From an uncultured Pelagibacteraceae bacterium (GTDB taxonomy: Bacteria > Pseudomonadota > Alphaproteobacteria > Pelagibacterales > Pelagibacteraceae), in NCBI GenBank assembly GCA_902515205.1, contig CABXTU010000002.1, positions 1,443 to 65,442 of the forward strand: a stretch of DNA of 64,000 bases, read 5' to 3'. Shown here piece by piece: positions 39,499-48,842 of the stretch. The position numbers and the translations under genes were made by a program. The notes beneath the pieces are model-generated. The model was not told where the DNA came from. It did no database searches and worked only from the letters and a program-made list of their open reading frames with translations. Position 1 is the first letter of the stretch. Each line of letters starts with the position of its first letter.

Positions 39499-40092
39499 TT
39501 AATCTTTCGTTAATTTAGAAACATCTTCGAATTTATTTTTCCAAATCACAAAACTCAAAACTGGCTTTTCACTTGTCGTAATTGCATGAGACTCAAAACT
39601 TTTATGTAATCTAGTATTAGTAGTTGAAAGAATTTCTGTATTTTGATCTTTACTTTCAAACTTTGCCTTACCAGAAACTATAAAATATAACTCTTCTGCG
39701 TCATGATTATGCCAAGGATAATAAGTATTTTTACATAAATAATTTACATACAAAGCCATTTCGGAAGTTTTAAAATGCCCGGAGGGACCAATTATTTCAA
39801 AAAAACCATATTTATTTAAAAAATCTTTTCCAACTTCATTTTCTTTATATCCCTGTTCCCAATTAACATAAGGAGATAAATTACTAATAGAGTTGTGTAA
39901 TTCTATCAGTTTGGTATCCAAATTTGAGTTCCAATTCAAAAGTTTATCAGTTGCTGGGATTCTGTTTTTATCAAAATTCTTAAGAAATAAATTTTTAGGA
40001 AATTCTACAAAATTAGAAAGAACACTATTGTTATTCCATAATTTTTCAATTTCACTTTTAGCATTATTAAAAATATTCTCTGTGTTATTCAT
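39499..40092 (-). CDS. DddQ-like cupin (DMSP lyase family)
   Basis: FEIIGPSGH, YYPWHNHDAEELYFIVSG, HKSFESHAITT...VIW. Confidence 0.72.
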   Translation of the reverse strand: MNNTENIFNNAKSEIEKLWNNNSVLSNFVEFPKNLFLKNFDKNRIPATDKLLNWNSNLDTKLIELHNSISNLSPYVNWEQGYKENEVGKDFLNKYGFFEIIGPSGHFKTSEMALYVNYLCKNTYYPWHNHDAEELYFIVSGKAKFESKDQNTEILSTTNTRLHKSFESHAITTSEKPVLSFVIWKNKFEDVSKLTKD

Positions 40093-41010
40093 TTATAATT
40101 TGAGATTGGATAAAGACTTAATTAAATCGGGACCTATACCACAACATCCACCAATTATTTGGGAACCATTTTCAACCCAAGATTTTGCTTGAATCAAATA
40201 ATCTTCTGGCTTCATATTATCTTCATAAATCCAGTGAGGCTTTTCATAAAAACCTACGTTAGGATATGCTCCGATTATTCCATTAAAAATTTTTTTTGCA
40301 ATTTTTACGGCTTTTCCTGTCACATCAATATTTGAATGAGCTATTAATATTGGGCCTTCGTGAAGTTGACTAAATTTTTTTAAAGATTTTTCAAAATTTT
40401 CATAAACTTCAGGAGGTGCGTCTATTGAATCGTTATAACCCAACATTATCTGATTTGAATTATTATCAATCACACAAGATATTGCGAGCCAAACTGGCAC
40501 TTTTACTTTTGTAGAACATTCTATCATGGCTTGAACAATTTCTGCTTGAGAAGACATTGCCTCTAAGATAATTAAATCTACTCCTTCTTCAGTCAAAATT
40601 TTTAATTGTTCATTAAAATTTGGTATCATCGTTTTTATTCCAAGTTTATAAAAACTTCCTGAAGCTGACACGCTTCCAGCTATAGCAATATCTTTGTTTG
40701 AATTTTCAGCTGCTTTTTTTGCTATTAGAACACTTTTTTTATTGTATTCTTCAATAGAGTTTTCAAAACCATAATTTTTCATAGAAATAGGAGTTGATGC
40801 ATAAGTATTAGTTGTTATGACGTCTGCCCCAGCTTCAATATAATCTTCGTGGACTTTTCTTACTATTTCTGGAAATTTAATTGAGGATGTTCCACACCAT
40901 AATTTTTTGTCCATTTGAGCTCCATTTTTTTCAAGCTCAGATCCCATAGCTCCATCTAAAATTACTAATTTTCCATTATCTAATTTTTCTTTAACAATAT
41001 TATATGTCAT
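40093..41010 (-). CDS. Homocysteine S-methyltransferase family protein
   Basis: ILDGAMGSEL, VHEDYIEAGADVITTNTY, AYPN, IIGGCCGIGP. Confidence 0.88.
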   Translation of the reverse strand: MTYNIVKEKLDNGKLVILDGAMGSELEKNGAQMDKKLWCGTSSIKFPEIVRKVHEDYIEAGADVITTNTYASTPISMKNYGFENSIEEYNKKSVLIAKKAAENSNKDIAIAGSVSASGSFYKLGIKTMIPNFNEQLKILTEEGVDLIILEAMSSQAEIVQAMIECSTKVKVPVWLAISCVIDNNSNQIMLGYNDSIDAPPEVYENFEKSLKKFSQLHEGPILIAHSNIDVTGKAVKIAKKIFNGIIGAYPNVGFYEKPHWIYEDNMKPEDYLIQAKSWVENGSQIIGGCCGIGPDLIKSLSNLKL

Positions 41011-41396
41011 TAAGTTTTACTATTTGTGAACGCACAAATTTTATTTCCATCTATATCTCTTATATAAGAATAATATACTCCAGAGCCTTCTGGTCTTTCA
41101 CCACCTTTCCCTTCACTTTTTCCACCAGCTTTAATTCCAACTTCATGAAATTTATCAACTACTGATCTTGAAGTTGTAATAAAAGATACTTGTGATCCAT
41201 TACCAATGGTTGCCTCTTTTTTATTAACTGGCAAAGTTACATAAAATTCTATTGCGTCTGAACCTTCCTTGGATGCATATCCTGCACAAACTTCATCTTT
41301 ATCTACTCTTGTTAAACCTAAAACTTCTAGCAACTCATCATAAAATTCAATTGCATTATCAAGTTTATTAGTCCCAACCATTACATAACCAATCAT
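41010..41396 (-). CDS. VOC/glyoxalase family protein
   Basis: MIGYVMVGT, ATIGNGSQ, YIRDIDGNKI; ATG 41396 (alternative TTG 41414). Confidence 0.85.
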   Translation of the reverse strand: MIGYVMVGTNKLDNAIEFYDELLEVLGLTRVDKDEVCAGYASKEGSDAIEFYVTLPVNKKEATIGNGSQVSFITTSRSVVDKFHEVGIKAGGKSEGKGGERPEGSGVYYSYIRDIDGNKICAFTNSKT

Positions 41397-41414
41397 TTTT
41401 GCGTCCTCACTCAA

Positions 41415-42845
41415 TTATTTCCATTCAGTAATTGTTTTAACTTCTAAATATTCGTGCAATCCCCAATTACCTCCTTCACGACCATTACCAGATTGTCTAT
41501 ATCCACCAAAAGGCGTTCCAGAGTCAGCTGACTTATGATTTACATAAACTATACCAGATCTTAATTTTTTTGAGACTCTCTTAGCTTTCTCGCTATCCTC
41601 AGTTTGTAGATAATTACCAAGGCCATATTCTGTATCATTTGTAATTTTAATCGCCTCATCTTCATTCTCAAAAGGTATAATTGAAAGCACAGGGCCAAAT
41701 ATTTCTTCTTTTGCAATTCTCATTGAATTTTTAACATCAGTAAAAACTGTGGGTTTTATAAAATAACCTTTTTTAAAATCACCAGGTTTGTCAGGGCCAC
41801 CTGCCACTAATGTAGCTCCCTCATCTATGCCGCTTTGGATTAAACTTTGAATTTTATCAAATTGAACTTTTGAAATGACAGGGCCAATGTGGTCACCAGA
41901 TTTACTTGCTAAATCTACTTTTATTTTATTAGCTTCATCAGCTGCTTCCTTAATGGCTCTCTCATAAATAGATTTTTCAACCAACATTCTAGTAGGCGCA
42001 TCACATGATTGACCTGAATTACTCATAATATTTCTAATGCCATCTCTAACAGCATCTAGATAAGAGTCTGCAAAAACAATATTTCCTCCTTTGCCCCCAA
42101 GTTCTAAACATACTCTCTTTATTGTATCAGCAGCATTTTTAGTAATTAGCTTTCCTGCTCTTGTTGAACCAGTAAAAGAGACCATATCAATATCAGGATG
42201 TTTTGAAAGATCTGTTCCAACTCCCAAGCCATCTCCATTTATTAAATTGAAAACTCCCTTTGGAAAGCCAGATTCATGTATCATTTCTGCAAACAACATT
42301 CCCGAAAGCGGGGCAATTTCAGATGGTTTTAAGATCATTGTACAACCAGTAGCAAGTGCAGGTATGACCTTTAAAGCAATCTGATTAATAGGCCAATTCC
42401 AAGGTGTTATTAATCCGCAAACACCTATCGGTTCGTATATAATATGATTGATAGAGTCTTTACCAAAACCAGGTTCAAAATTAAATTCTTTTAATCTTTT
42501 TATAAAGTCTTCTATGTGGGATGCACCTGAAGAAGTTTGGTTTGCCGAACACCAATCCTTAGGACAACCTAATTCAGTAGATATAGCGTTTGTCATATCA
42601 TCCCATCTTGAATTGTAAATTTCTAATAATTTTTCTAATAATTTAATTCTTTCTTCTTTTGAAGTTTCTTTCCAATCATCAAAAGCTTTCTTAGCATATT
42701 TTACTGCTAAATCAGTGTCGGCAGAGCTGCCTAGTGAAATTATTGCACATACTTCCTCTGTTGAGGGGTTTATAACTTCATGATTATTTTGATTAATAGG
42801 ATCTACCCATTCACCGTTAATATAAAATTTTTTCTTATCTAACAT
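41415..42845 (-). CDS. Aldehyde dehydrogenase
   Basis: ITPWNWP, KPSE, FTGS, LELGGK, GQSC, EEIFGPV. Confidence 0.93.
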   Translation of the reverse strand: MLDKKKFYINGEWVDPINQNNHEVINPSTEEVCAIISLGSSADTDLAVKYAKKAFDDWKETSKEERIKLLEKLLEIYNSRWDDMTNAISTELGCPKDWCSANQTSSGASHIEDFIKRLKEFNFEPGFGKDSINHIIYEPIGVCGLITPWNWPINQIALKVIPALATGCTMILKPSEIAPLSGMLFAEMIHESGFPKGVFNLINGDGLGVGTDLSKHPDIDMVSFTGSTRAGKLITKNAADTIKRVCLELGGKGGNIVFADSYLDAVRDGIRNIMSNSGQSCDAPTRMLVEKSIYERAIKEAADEANKIKVDLASKSGDHIGPVISKVQFDKIQSLIQSGIDEGATLVAGGPDKPGDFKKGYFIKPTVFTDVKNSMRIAKEEIFGPVLSIIPFENEDEAIKITNDTEYGLGNYLQTEDSEKAKRVSKKLRSGIVYVNHKSADSGTPFGGYRQSGNGREGGNWGLHEYLEVKTITEWK

Positions 42846-42853
42846 ATATTTCT

Positions 42854-43996
42854 TTAATTAAATTCATTTAATATTTTTTGTCTATGCTCATCAAGATCTG
42901 GAATATCTCCTCTAGTTTTTTCATCTTTATAAGATGACATCTTAATAGGATTTCCGGCTAATTTGAAATCTCCTATTACTTTATGATAAGCTTTAACGAT
43001 CATATTTCTAGACGCAACCTGAGGGTTTTCAACTGCTTCTTTAATATTAAAAATTGGACCACAGGGAATTTTTTCTTTTTCCATTATCTTGACCCATTCA
43101 TTAGTTTCTTTAACTTTTAACTTATCCTCAAGAATTTTTTTAAGTTCGTCCATATTTTTGGCTCTAGATGAATTATCATAAAATTTTGAGTCCTTATTTA
43201 CTTCTTTCATATTTAAAATATTGCAAAGTTTTTCAAATAATTTATCGTTTCCTGCAGCAATAATAATGTGACTATCTTTAGTTTTAAAAGCCTCAAAAGG
43301 AGCAATAGAGGGATGACGTGACCCCATGGGCTCAGGGATCTCATTTTTTGCTAAATATCTTGCAATTGCATTTTCTAAAATCGCTATCTGGCAATCAAGC
43401 ATTGAAACATCAATATACATTCCTTTCCCAGTTTTTTGTCTATCATAAAGTGCAGCATTAATTCCAATGGCAGTAAATAGTCCTGCTGTAATATCGCCTA
43501 TAGAAGTACCAACTCTTGTAGGTTCTGAGTTAGGTTGACCAGTCACGCTCATCAAACCACCCATACCTTGAACTACCATATCATAAGCTGGTAATTCTTT
43601 TAAGGGACCTGTTTGTCCAAATCCAGAAGCTGAAGCATAAATTAATTTGGGAAATTTTTTATTTACTTGTTTCCAACCATAACCCCATTTTTCTAAAGTG
43701 CCTGGTTTAAAATTTTCAACTAAAATATCTGCCTTAGCTAAAATTTTGTCAAAAATTTTTTTATCATCATTGTCTTTTAAATTAAGAGCAATACTTTCTT
43801 TTCCTCTGTTTAAAGACATAAAATATGCTGAGTAATCTTCAACAAATGGCCCAAACTTTCTTGAATCATCTCCAATTTCAGGAGCTTCTACTTTTATTAC
43901 CCTTGCACCTAGATCAGAAAGTATCATAGTACAATAAGGACCTACTAATACTCTAGTTAAATCAACAACTAGTAAATTATTTAAAGGTCCGTCCAT
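42854..43996 (-). CDS. Family III (CaiB/BaiF) CoA transferase, YfdE/UctC-like
   Basis: GPYCT, LGARVIKVE, NRGKES, ENFKPG, SGFGQTGP, catalytic Asp in GTSIGD, C-terminal GNPIKMS. Confidence 0.88.
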   Translation of the reverse strand: MDGPLNNLLVVDLTRVLVGPYCTMILSDLGARVIKVEAPEIGDDSRKFGPFVEDYSAYFMSLNRGKESIALNLKDNDDKKIFDKILAKADILVENFKPGTLEKWGYGWKQVNKKFPKLIYASASGFGQTGPLKELPAYDMVVQGMGGLMSVTGQPNSEPTRVGTSIGDITAGLFTAIGINAALYDRQKTGKGMYIDVSMLDCQIAILENAIARYLAKNEIPEPMGSRHPSIAPFEAFKTKDSHIIIAAGNDKLFEKLCNILNMKEVNKDSKFYDNSSRAKNMDELKKILEDKLKVKETNEWVKIMEKEKIPCGPIFNIKEAVENPQVASRNMIVKAYHKVIGDFKLAGNPIKMSSYKDEKTRGDIPDLDEHRQKILNEFN

Positions 43997-44027
43997 ATTT
44001 CATCGTTTATTTTGTGTTTTTGTCGAC

Positions 44028-44056
44028 TTGACTCTTATTAATAAGTTCATTTTAAT
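44028..44056 (+). promoter_or_regulatory. Putative sigma70 promoter of the TRAP operon with an internal palindrome
   Basis: TTGACT-N17-TTTAAT; the spacer contains CTTATTAATAAG (44034-44045). Confidence 0.5.
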
Positions 44057-44091
44057 TGAATTAATAAAAATAACAATAGAGGGAAATAATA

Positions 44092-45102
44092 ATGTTAAAA
44101 AAGATATCTTTATATTTAACTTCATTAGTTTTTGTATTCACTACTATTGGTTCTGCTTACGCTACAACTTTAAAAGCAAGTCACCAATGGCCAGGTACTC
44201 CAAGAGCTGATGGATCATATGACCCACGTCATGAAATGGTTCAAATCATTGCTGACGAGGTTAAAAAAGCAAACGTTGGAATAGACATAAGAATTTATCC
44301 AGCAAAATCTTTATATAAACCAAAAGAACAGTGGAAACCAATGACTACTGGTCAGTTGGATATTTCCGCATTCCCATTAGCCTATGCTTCTAAATTTCAT
44401 CCTGAATTTGATGCAACTTTAATGCCTGGAACAGTAAAAAATCATGACCATGCATTAAGATTTAATAAAGGTCCAATGATGACTGAAATTAAAAAAATCA
44501 TTAATGATGCGGGTGTTGTAGTTTTATCTGATGCTTGGTTAGGTGGTGGTTTTGCTTCTAAAACAAAATGTATCAAAAATCCTAGCGATGCTAAAGGTCA
44601 GGTTATGAGAGCAGCAGGAAAAGCATTTAACCAAATGTTAGAAGCTGCAGGTGCAGGGATACAAAGTATGCCATCATCTGAAATTTACACAGGTTTACAA
44701 ACAGGTGTATTAACAGGCGCTAACACTAGTTCAGGAAGTTTTGTAAGTTACAAAATTTATGAACAAGTATCGTGTGCAACTCCTCCAGGAAAATTTGGTT
44801 TATGGTTTATGTATGAACCAATTTTGATGTCAAAAAAATCTTTTGATGCTTTAAATTCTAAGCAACAAAATGCATTAATGGCTGCAGGAAAAGTTGCAGA
44901 AAAATATATGACTGCACAAGTAGAAAACTTAGATAAAAAGTTTGAAGATGCTTATAAAGCTGCTGGTGTAAAATTAGTTTACATGGATGCAAAAGATCAT
45001 GCTGCATGGGTAGAGATTGCGAAAAAATCTTCTCATAAAGCATTTGCTGATAAAGTTTCAGGTGGTGATAAGCTGATGGAAATGGCTTTAGCAGTTAAAT
45101 AA
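44092..45102 (+). CDS. dctP: TRAP substrate-binding protein
   Basis: Signal peptide, LKASHQWPG, MRAAG, EIYTGLQTG; SD GAGGGA. Confidence 0.9.
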   Translation: MLKKISLYLTSLVFVFTTIGSAYATTLKASHQWPGTPRADGSYDPRHEMVQIIADEVKKANVGIDIRIYPAKSLYKPKEQWKPMTTGQLDISAFPLAYASKFHPEFDATLMPGTVKNHDHALRFNKGPMMTEIKKIINDAGVVVLSDAWLGGGFASKTKCIKNPSDAKGQVMRAAGKAFNQMLEAAGAGIQSMPSSEIYTGLQTGVLTGANTSSGSFVSYKIYEQVSCATPPGKFGLWFMYEPILMSKKSFDALNSKQQNALMAAGKVAEKYMTAQVENLDKKFEDAYKAAGVKLVYMDAKDHAAWVEIAKKSSHKAFADKVSGGDKLMEMALAVK

Positions 45103-45116
45103 AATAATATATAAAG

Positions 45117-45153
45117 AACCCCTATTTATTCTAATTAAATAGGGGTTTTTTTT
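45117..45153 (+). terminator. Intrinsic terminator/attenuator between dctP and dctQ
   Basis: AACCCCTATTTA-N7-TAAATAGGGGTT followed by a T run. Confidence 0.85.
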
Positions 45154-45648
45154 ATGAAAAAAAAGTATCTTCAATTTTGTGATTTGATAGCTAAAGCTTG
45201 TGGCGCTTTTGCTGTATTGGCATTACTTTTATCAATCTTAGTAATCGTTGAGCTTGTTTTTGAAAGATATTTTTTTCAAAGAGCAATTACATGGCAAACA
45301 GAACTTGTCACCATGTTATTAGTTGCCTCAACATTTATAGGCAGTGTATACGTCCTTAGTGAAAAAGCTCATGTAAGTATGGAGTGGATTTACGATTTTT
45401 TATCGAAAAAGAATGTAGTTAGATTAAAAATTTTTACATCTTCTATAAGTTTATTGTTTTTTTTAATTTTATTTTATTTTGGATTTATAATGGTAGAGGA
45501 AGCGTTTACTAAAAATTACTCTACAGGTACTGTATGGGATCCGCCATTGTGGATACCTTATTCATCAATGATGCTAGGAGCTTTATTAATGATATTTCAA
45601 TACATAGCAGAAATAATAAAATTAACTGATGAAAAGGATTATAATTAA
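45154..45648 (+). CDS. dctQ: TRAP small permease
   Basis: 4 TM segments, WQTE, HVSME. Confidence 0.88.
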   Translation: MKKKYLQFCDLIAKACGAFAVLALLLSILVIVELVFERYFFQRAITWQTELVTMLLVASTFIGSVYVLSEKAHVSMEWIYDFLSKKNVVRLKIFTSSISLLFFLILFYFGFIMVEEAFTKNYSTGTVWDPPLWIPYSSMMLGALLMIFQYIAEIIKLTDEKDYN

Positions 45649-46980
45649 ATGGATCCATTGATTATAGCATTAATTGTTGCAGTTTTTACTTTATTAGTTC
45701 TTTTTTCTGGAATTCCTATTGCTTTTGGTTTGAGCTTTGTTTCAATAGCTCTATTAGTTTCATTTGAGGGTTTTCAAATGCTTGATGTTTTTGCTGAAAC
45801 ATTTTTTGCAGGACTAAACTCTTTTGTTTTGCTTTCCATACCAATGTTTATCTTAATGGGAATGGCTGTTGCAAATTCTCCGGCAGGAAAAGACTTATAT
45901 ACAGGCTTAGATAGATGGCTTTGGAGAGTTCCTGGTGGATTGGTTATTTCTAATATAGGTGCTTGCTCGATTTTTGCAGCTTTAAGCGGTTCTAGTCCTG
46001 CAACCTGTGCAGCTATTGGAACTATGGGAATACCGGAAATGAGAAAAAGAGGTTATTCTGATCAAATTGCTACCGGCACTATAGCAGCTGGAGGCACCTT
46101 GGGAGTTTTAATTCCTCCAAGTATAGTTTTAATTGTTTATGGAATTGCAACAGGTACATCAATTGGTAGATTATTTTTATGTGGATTGGTTCCAGGATTT
46201 ATGTTGGCAGGTATGTTCGCAATATGGGCTCTCATACATAGTTATTTTATTGATAAAGATGCAGCAAAAGCTTTAAGAAATAGAGTAAAACCAACTTTAA
46301 AAGAAAAAATTGAAGTATTACCAAGAATTCTCCCTTTCTTAGCAATTATAGCTGGTGTTTTGTATGTGCTTTATGGAGGAGTTGCAACGCCATCTGAAGC
46401 ATCTGGTGTAGGAGCATTCCTGGTATTTGTATTAATTGCTGTTGTTTACAAAATATATCAACCAAAGAAAATTTGGAATATTGTTAAAGTTTCAATGAAA
46501 GAAAGTGTAATGATAATGTTCATTATTGCTGCCTCTTATCTTTTTGCATTTACTCTCTCACAACTTTATGTAACTCAATCTCTAGCTCAAAGTATGGTCG
46601 AGCTAAGCTCTAACAAATGGGTAGTATTTATTTTAATAAACATATTTCTTTTAATTGCTGGATTCTTTTTACCCCCTGTTGCAGTTATAGTAATGACTTC
46701 TGCTATTTTATTACCGGTAATAACAACCTTGGGGTTTGATCCTTATTGGTTTGCAATTGTTTTTACGATTAATATGGAGATTGGATTAATTACTCCTCCA
46801 GTTGGATTAAATCTTTATATAATAAAAGGAATTACCCCAGACGTTAGTTTGTCAGAAATTTTAAAAGGATCTATACCGTTTATGATAATAATGGCTTTAG
46901 CTATTGTAATTTTATGTATTTTTCCTGAGATAGTAACATGGCTACCTGATAAAATAATGGGTAAAGACCTTGGATTCTAA
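45649..46980 (+). CDS. dctM: TRAP large permease
   Basis: SIPMFILMG, FAALSGSS, GGTLGVLIPPS, ATPSEA, ITPPVGLNL. Confidence 0.92.
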   Translation: MDPLIIALIVAVFTLLVLFSGIPIAFGLSFVSIALLVSFEGFQMLDVFAETFFAGLNSFVLLSIPMFILMGMAVANSPAGKDLYTGLDRWLWRVPGGLVISNIGACSIFAALSGSSPATCAAIGTMGIPEMRKRGYSDQIATGTIAAGGTLGVLIPPSIVLIVYGIATGTSIGRLFLCGLVPGFMLAGMFAIWALIHSYFIDKDAAKALRNRVKPTLKEKIEVLPRILPFLAIIAGVLYVLYGGVATPSEASGVGAFLVFVLIAVVYKIYQPKKIWNIVKVSMKESVMIMFIIAASYLFAFTLSQLYVTQSLAQSMVELSSNKWVVFILINIFLLIAGFFLPPVAVIVMTSAILLPVITTLGFDPYWFAIVFTINMEIGLITPPVGLNLYIIKGITPDVSLSEILKGSIPFMIIMALAIVILCIFPEIVTWLPDKIMGKDLGF

Positions 46981-47974
46981 AAAAAAAATAAATAGAAAAA
47001 TTTCAGTTGCTCCTATGATGGATTGTACTGATAGACATGATCGTTTTTTTTTAAGACTGATGAGTAAAAATGTAATGCTTTATTCTGAGATGGTAGCCAC
47101 CAAATCAGCAATTCATGGAGATAGAAAAAAAATTTTATCTTATAGCCCAGAAGAAAAACCGTTAGCTCTACAAGTAGGGGGATCAGATAAAAACGAATTA
47201 GCGGAAGTAGCTAAAATTGCAGAGGATATGGGATATGATGAAATTAATATAAATCTAGGCTGTCCTAGTAAAAAAGTTCAAAAGAATATGTTTGGAGCAT
47301 GTTTAATGAAAGAACCAGATTTGGTAGCTGAGTGTATCAATTCAATGGTAAATGCATGCAAAATACCTGTTACAGCTAAAACTAGAATTGGTTTTGATGA
47401 TACCGAGGAATTTGATTATCTTAATAATTTTATTCACAAGATGAGAGATGCTGGATCAAGAACTTTTATTTTGCACGCTAGAAAAGCTATACTTTCTGGT
47501 TTGACACCAAAACAAAATTTAAATGTTCCAAAATTAAATTATGACATGGTTTATGATATTAAAAAAGAAAACTCAGATTTAGAAATAATCATTAATGGTG
47601 GTATTACAAAAATTAAAGAAATAAATAATCATTTAAATTTTTGCGATGGAGTGATGATTGGTAGATCAATTTATCAAAATCCTTATTCTTTAACTGAAAT
47701 TGAAAAAGAAATATTTAAAACTCAAGAAAGCCCTTCACGAGAACAAGTTGCTGAAAAACTCTTAGAATATTTAGGTAAAGAAGTTAAATTGGGAACCAAG
47801 GTAAATCATATTATGAGACATACTGTTGGATTATATCATGGTCAAGTAGGATCAAAAGAATGGAAAAGATATTTAAGTGATAACATGATGGCAAGAAACT
47901 CAGACTTTCAAAAAGCAAAACATATTATGACAATTGTTCAAAACAATGAAAAGGCTAATCAAGCCGGCCCTTAA
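46970..47974 (+). CDS. dusA: tRNA dihydrouridine(20/20a) synthase
   Basis: SVAPMMDCTDRH, LQVGGSD, NLGCPS, FGACLM, HARKA, INGGI. Confidence 0.92.
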   Translation: MDSKKKINRKISVAPMMDCTDRHDRFFLRLMSKNVMLYSEMVATKSAIHGDRKKILSYSPEEKPLALQVGGSDKNELAEVAKIAEDMGYDEININLGCPSKKVQKNMFGACLMKEPDLVAECINSMVNACKIPVTAKTRIGFDDTEEFDYLNNFIHKMRDAGSRTFILHARKAILSGLTPKQNLNVPKLNYDMVYDIKKENSDLEIIINGGITKIKEINNHLNFCDGVMIGRSIYQNPYSLTEIEKEIFKTQESPSREQVAEKLLEYLGKEVKLGTKVNHIMRHTVGLYHGQVGSKEWKRYLSDNMMARNSDFQKAKHIMTIVQNNEKANQAGP

Positions 47975-48810
47975 TGGAAATATTAAACGTATCTGATTTA
48001 ATTAATCTATTAATTGTACTTGCATCTGCGGCAGCTGTTGCTGGTTTTATGGCAGGATTATTAGGAGTAGGAGGTGGAATTATAATGGTGCCAGCCTTGT
48101 ACTATGCATTTACAATTTTAGATTTTGATATTTCAACCCGTATGCATTTATCTGTTGGAACATCTTTAGCAATTATTATTCCAACATCTATCATTTCAAC
48201 CAAAACACACATGGAATATGATGCGGTCGATTTTAAAATGGTAAAGTCGTTTGGCATTTTTATTCTTTTAGGTGTTATTGCTGGAACATTTTTGGCTGTG
48301 AGTTTAAAAACTCCTACATTAGTTTTATTTTTTTCAATATTTGCTCTCATTGTAGGATTATTTTTTATTTTTGTTAGAGAAAAACTAATGGATAATCCAA
48401 AAAGAATATCTGATTTAATAAAAAATATATCTGGAATTATTATTGGTTTTATTTCTGTTCCTCTTGGCATAGGTGGAGGTTCTTTGATGGTACCTTTTAT
48501 GAGAACTTTTGGATATGACATAAGAAAATCTATAGGTACAGCTGCAGCAGTAGGCTTTTTGATAGCTGTAAGTGGAACTATTACTATGATTACTGGAGGT
48601 AAAATAATCAACAATGTTAATACGCCTTTCAGTGTAGGATATATAAATTTGCTAGGTTTTATAGTATTTGTTCCCGTGACGATGATTATGGCTAGAATTG
48701 GTGCAAAAGCAGTGTATAAAATTAACAAAAAATTATTAAGTAAGATATTTGGAACCTTTTTAGTAATTGTTTCAATAAGATCTTTTATTGAGTATTTATC
48801 AATTAATTAA
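47974..48810 (+). CDS. TauE/SafE family membrane exporter
   Basis: AGLLGVGGG, GTSL, duplicated GIGGG. Confidence 0.88.
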   Translation: MEILNVSDLINLLIVLASAAAVAGFMAGLLGVGGGIIMVPALYYAFTILDFDISTRMHLSVGTSLAIIIPTSIISTKTHMEYDAVDFKMVKSFGIFILLGVIAGTFLAVSLKTPTLVLFFSIFALIVGLFFIFVREKLMDNPKRISDLIKNISGIIIGFISVPLGIGGGSLMVPFMRTFGYDIRKSIGTAAAVGFLIAVSGTITMITGGKIINNVNTPFSVGYINLLGFIVFVPVTMIMARIGAKAVYKINKKLLSKIFGTFLVIVSIRSFIEYLSIN

Positions 48811-48842
48811 TAATTAAAACTAATTTTTGACTAAGGTTTTTT

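Noticed and set aside
40093-44091. SAM-V/SAM-II riboswitch controlling the methyltransferase operon
   Set aside because: No intergenic space before the HMT and no recognisable consensus in the 95-bp leader by eye; an Rfam scan would settle it
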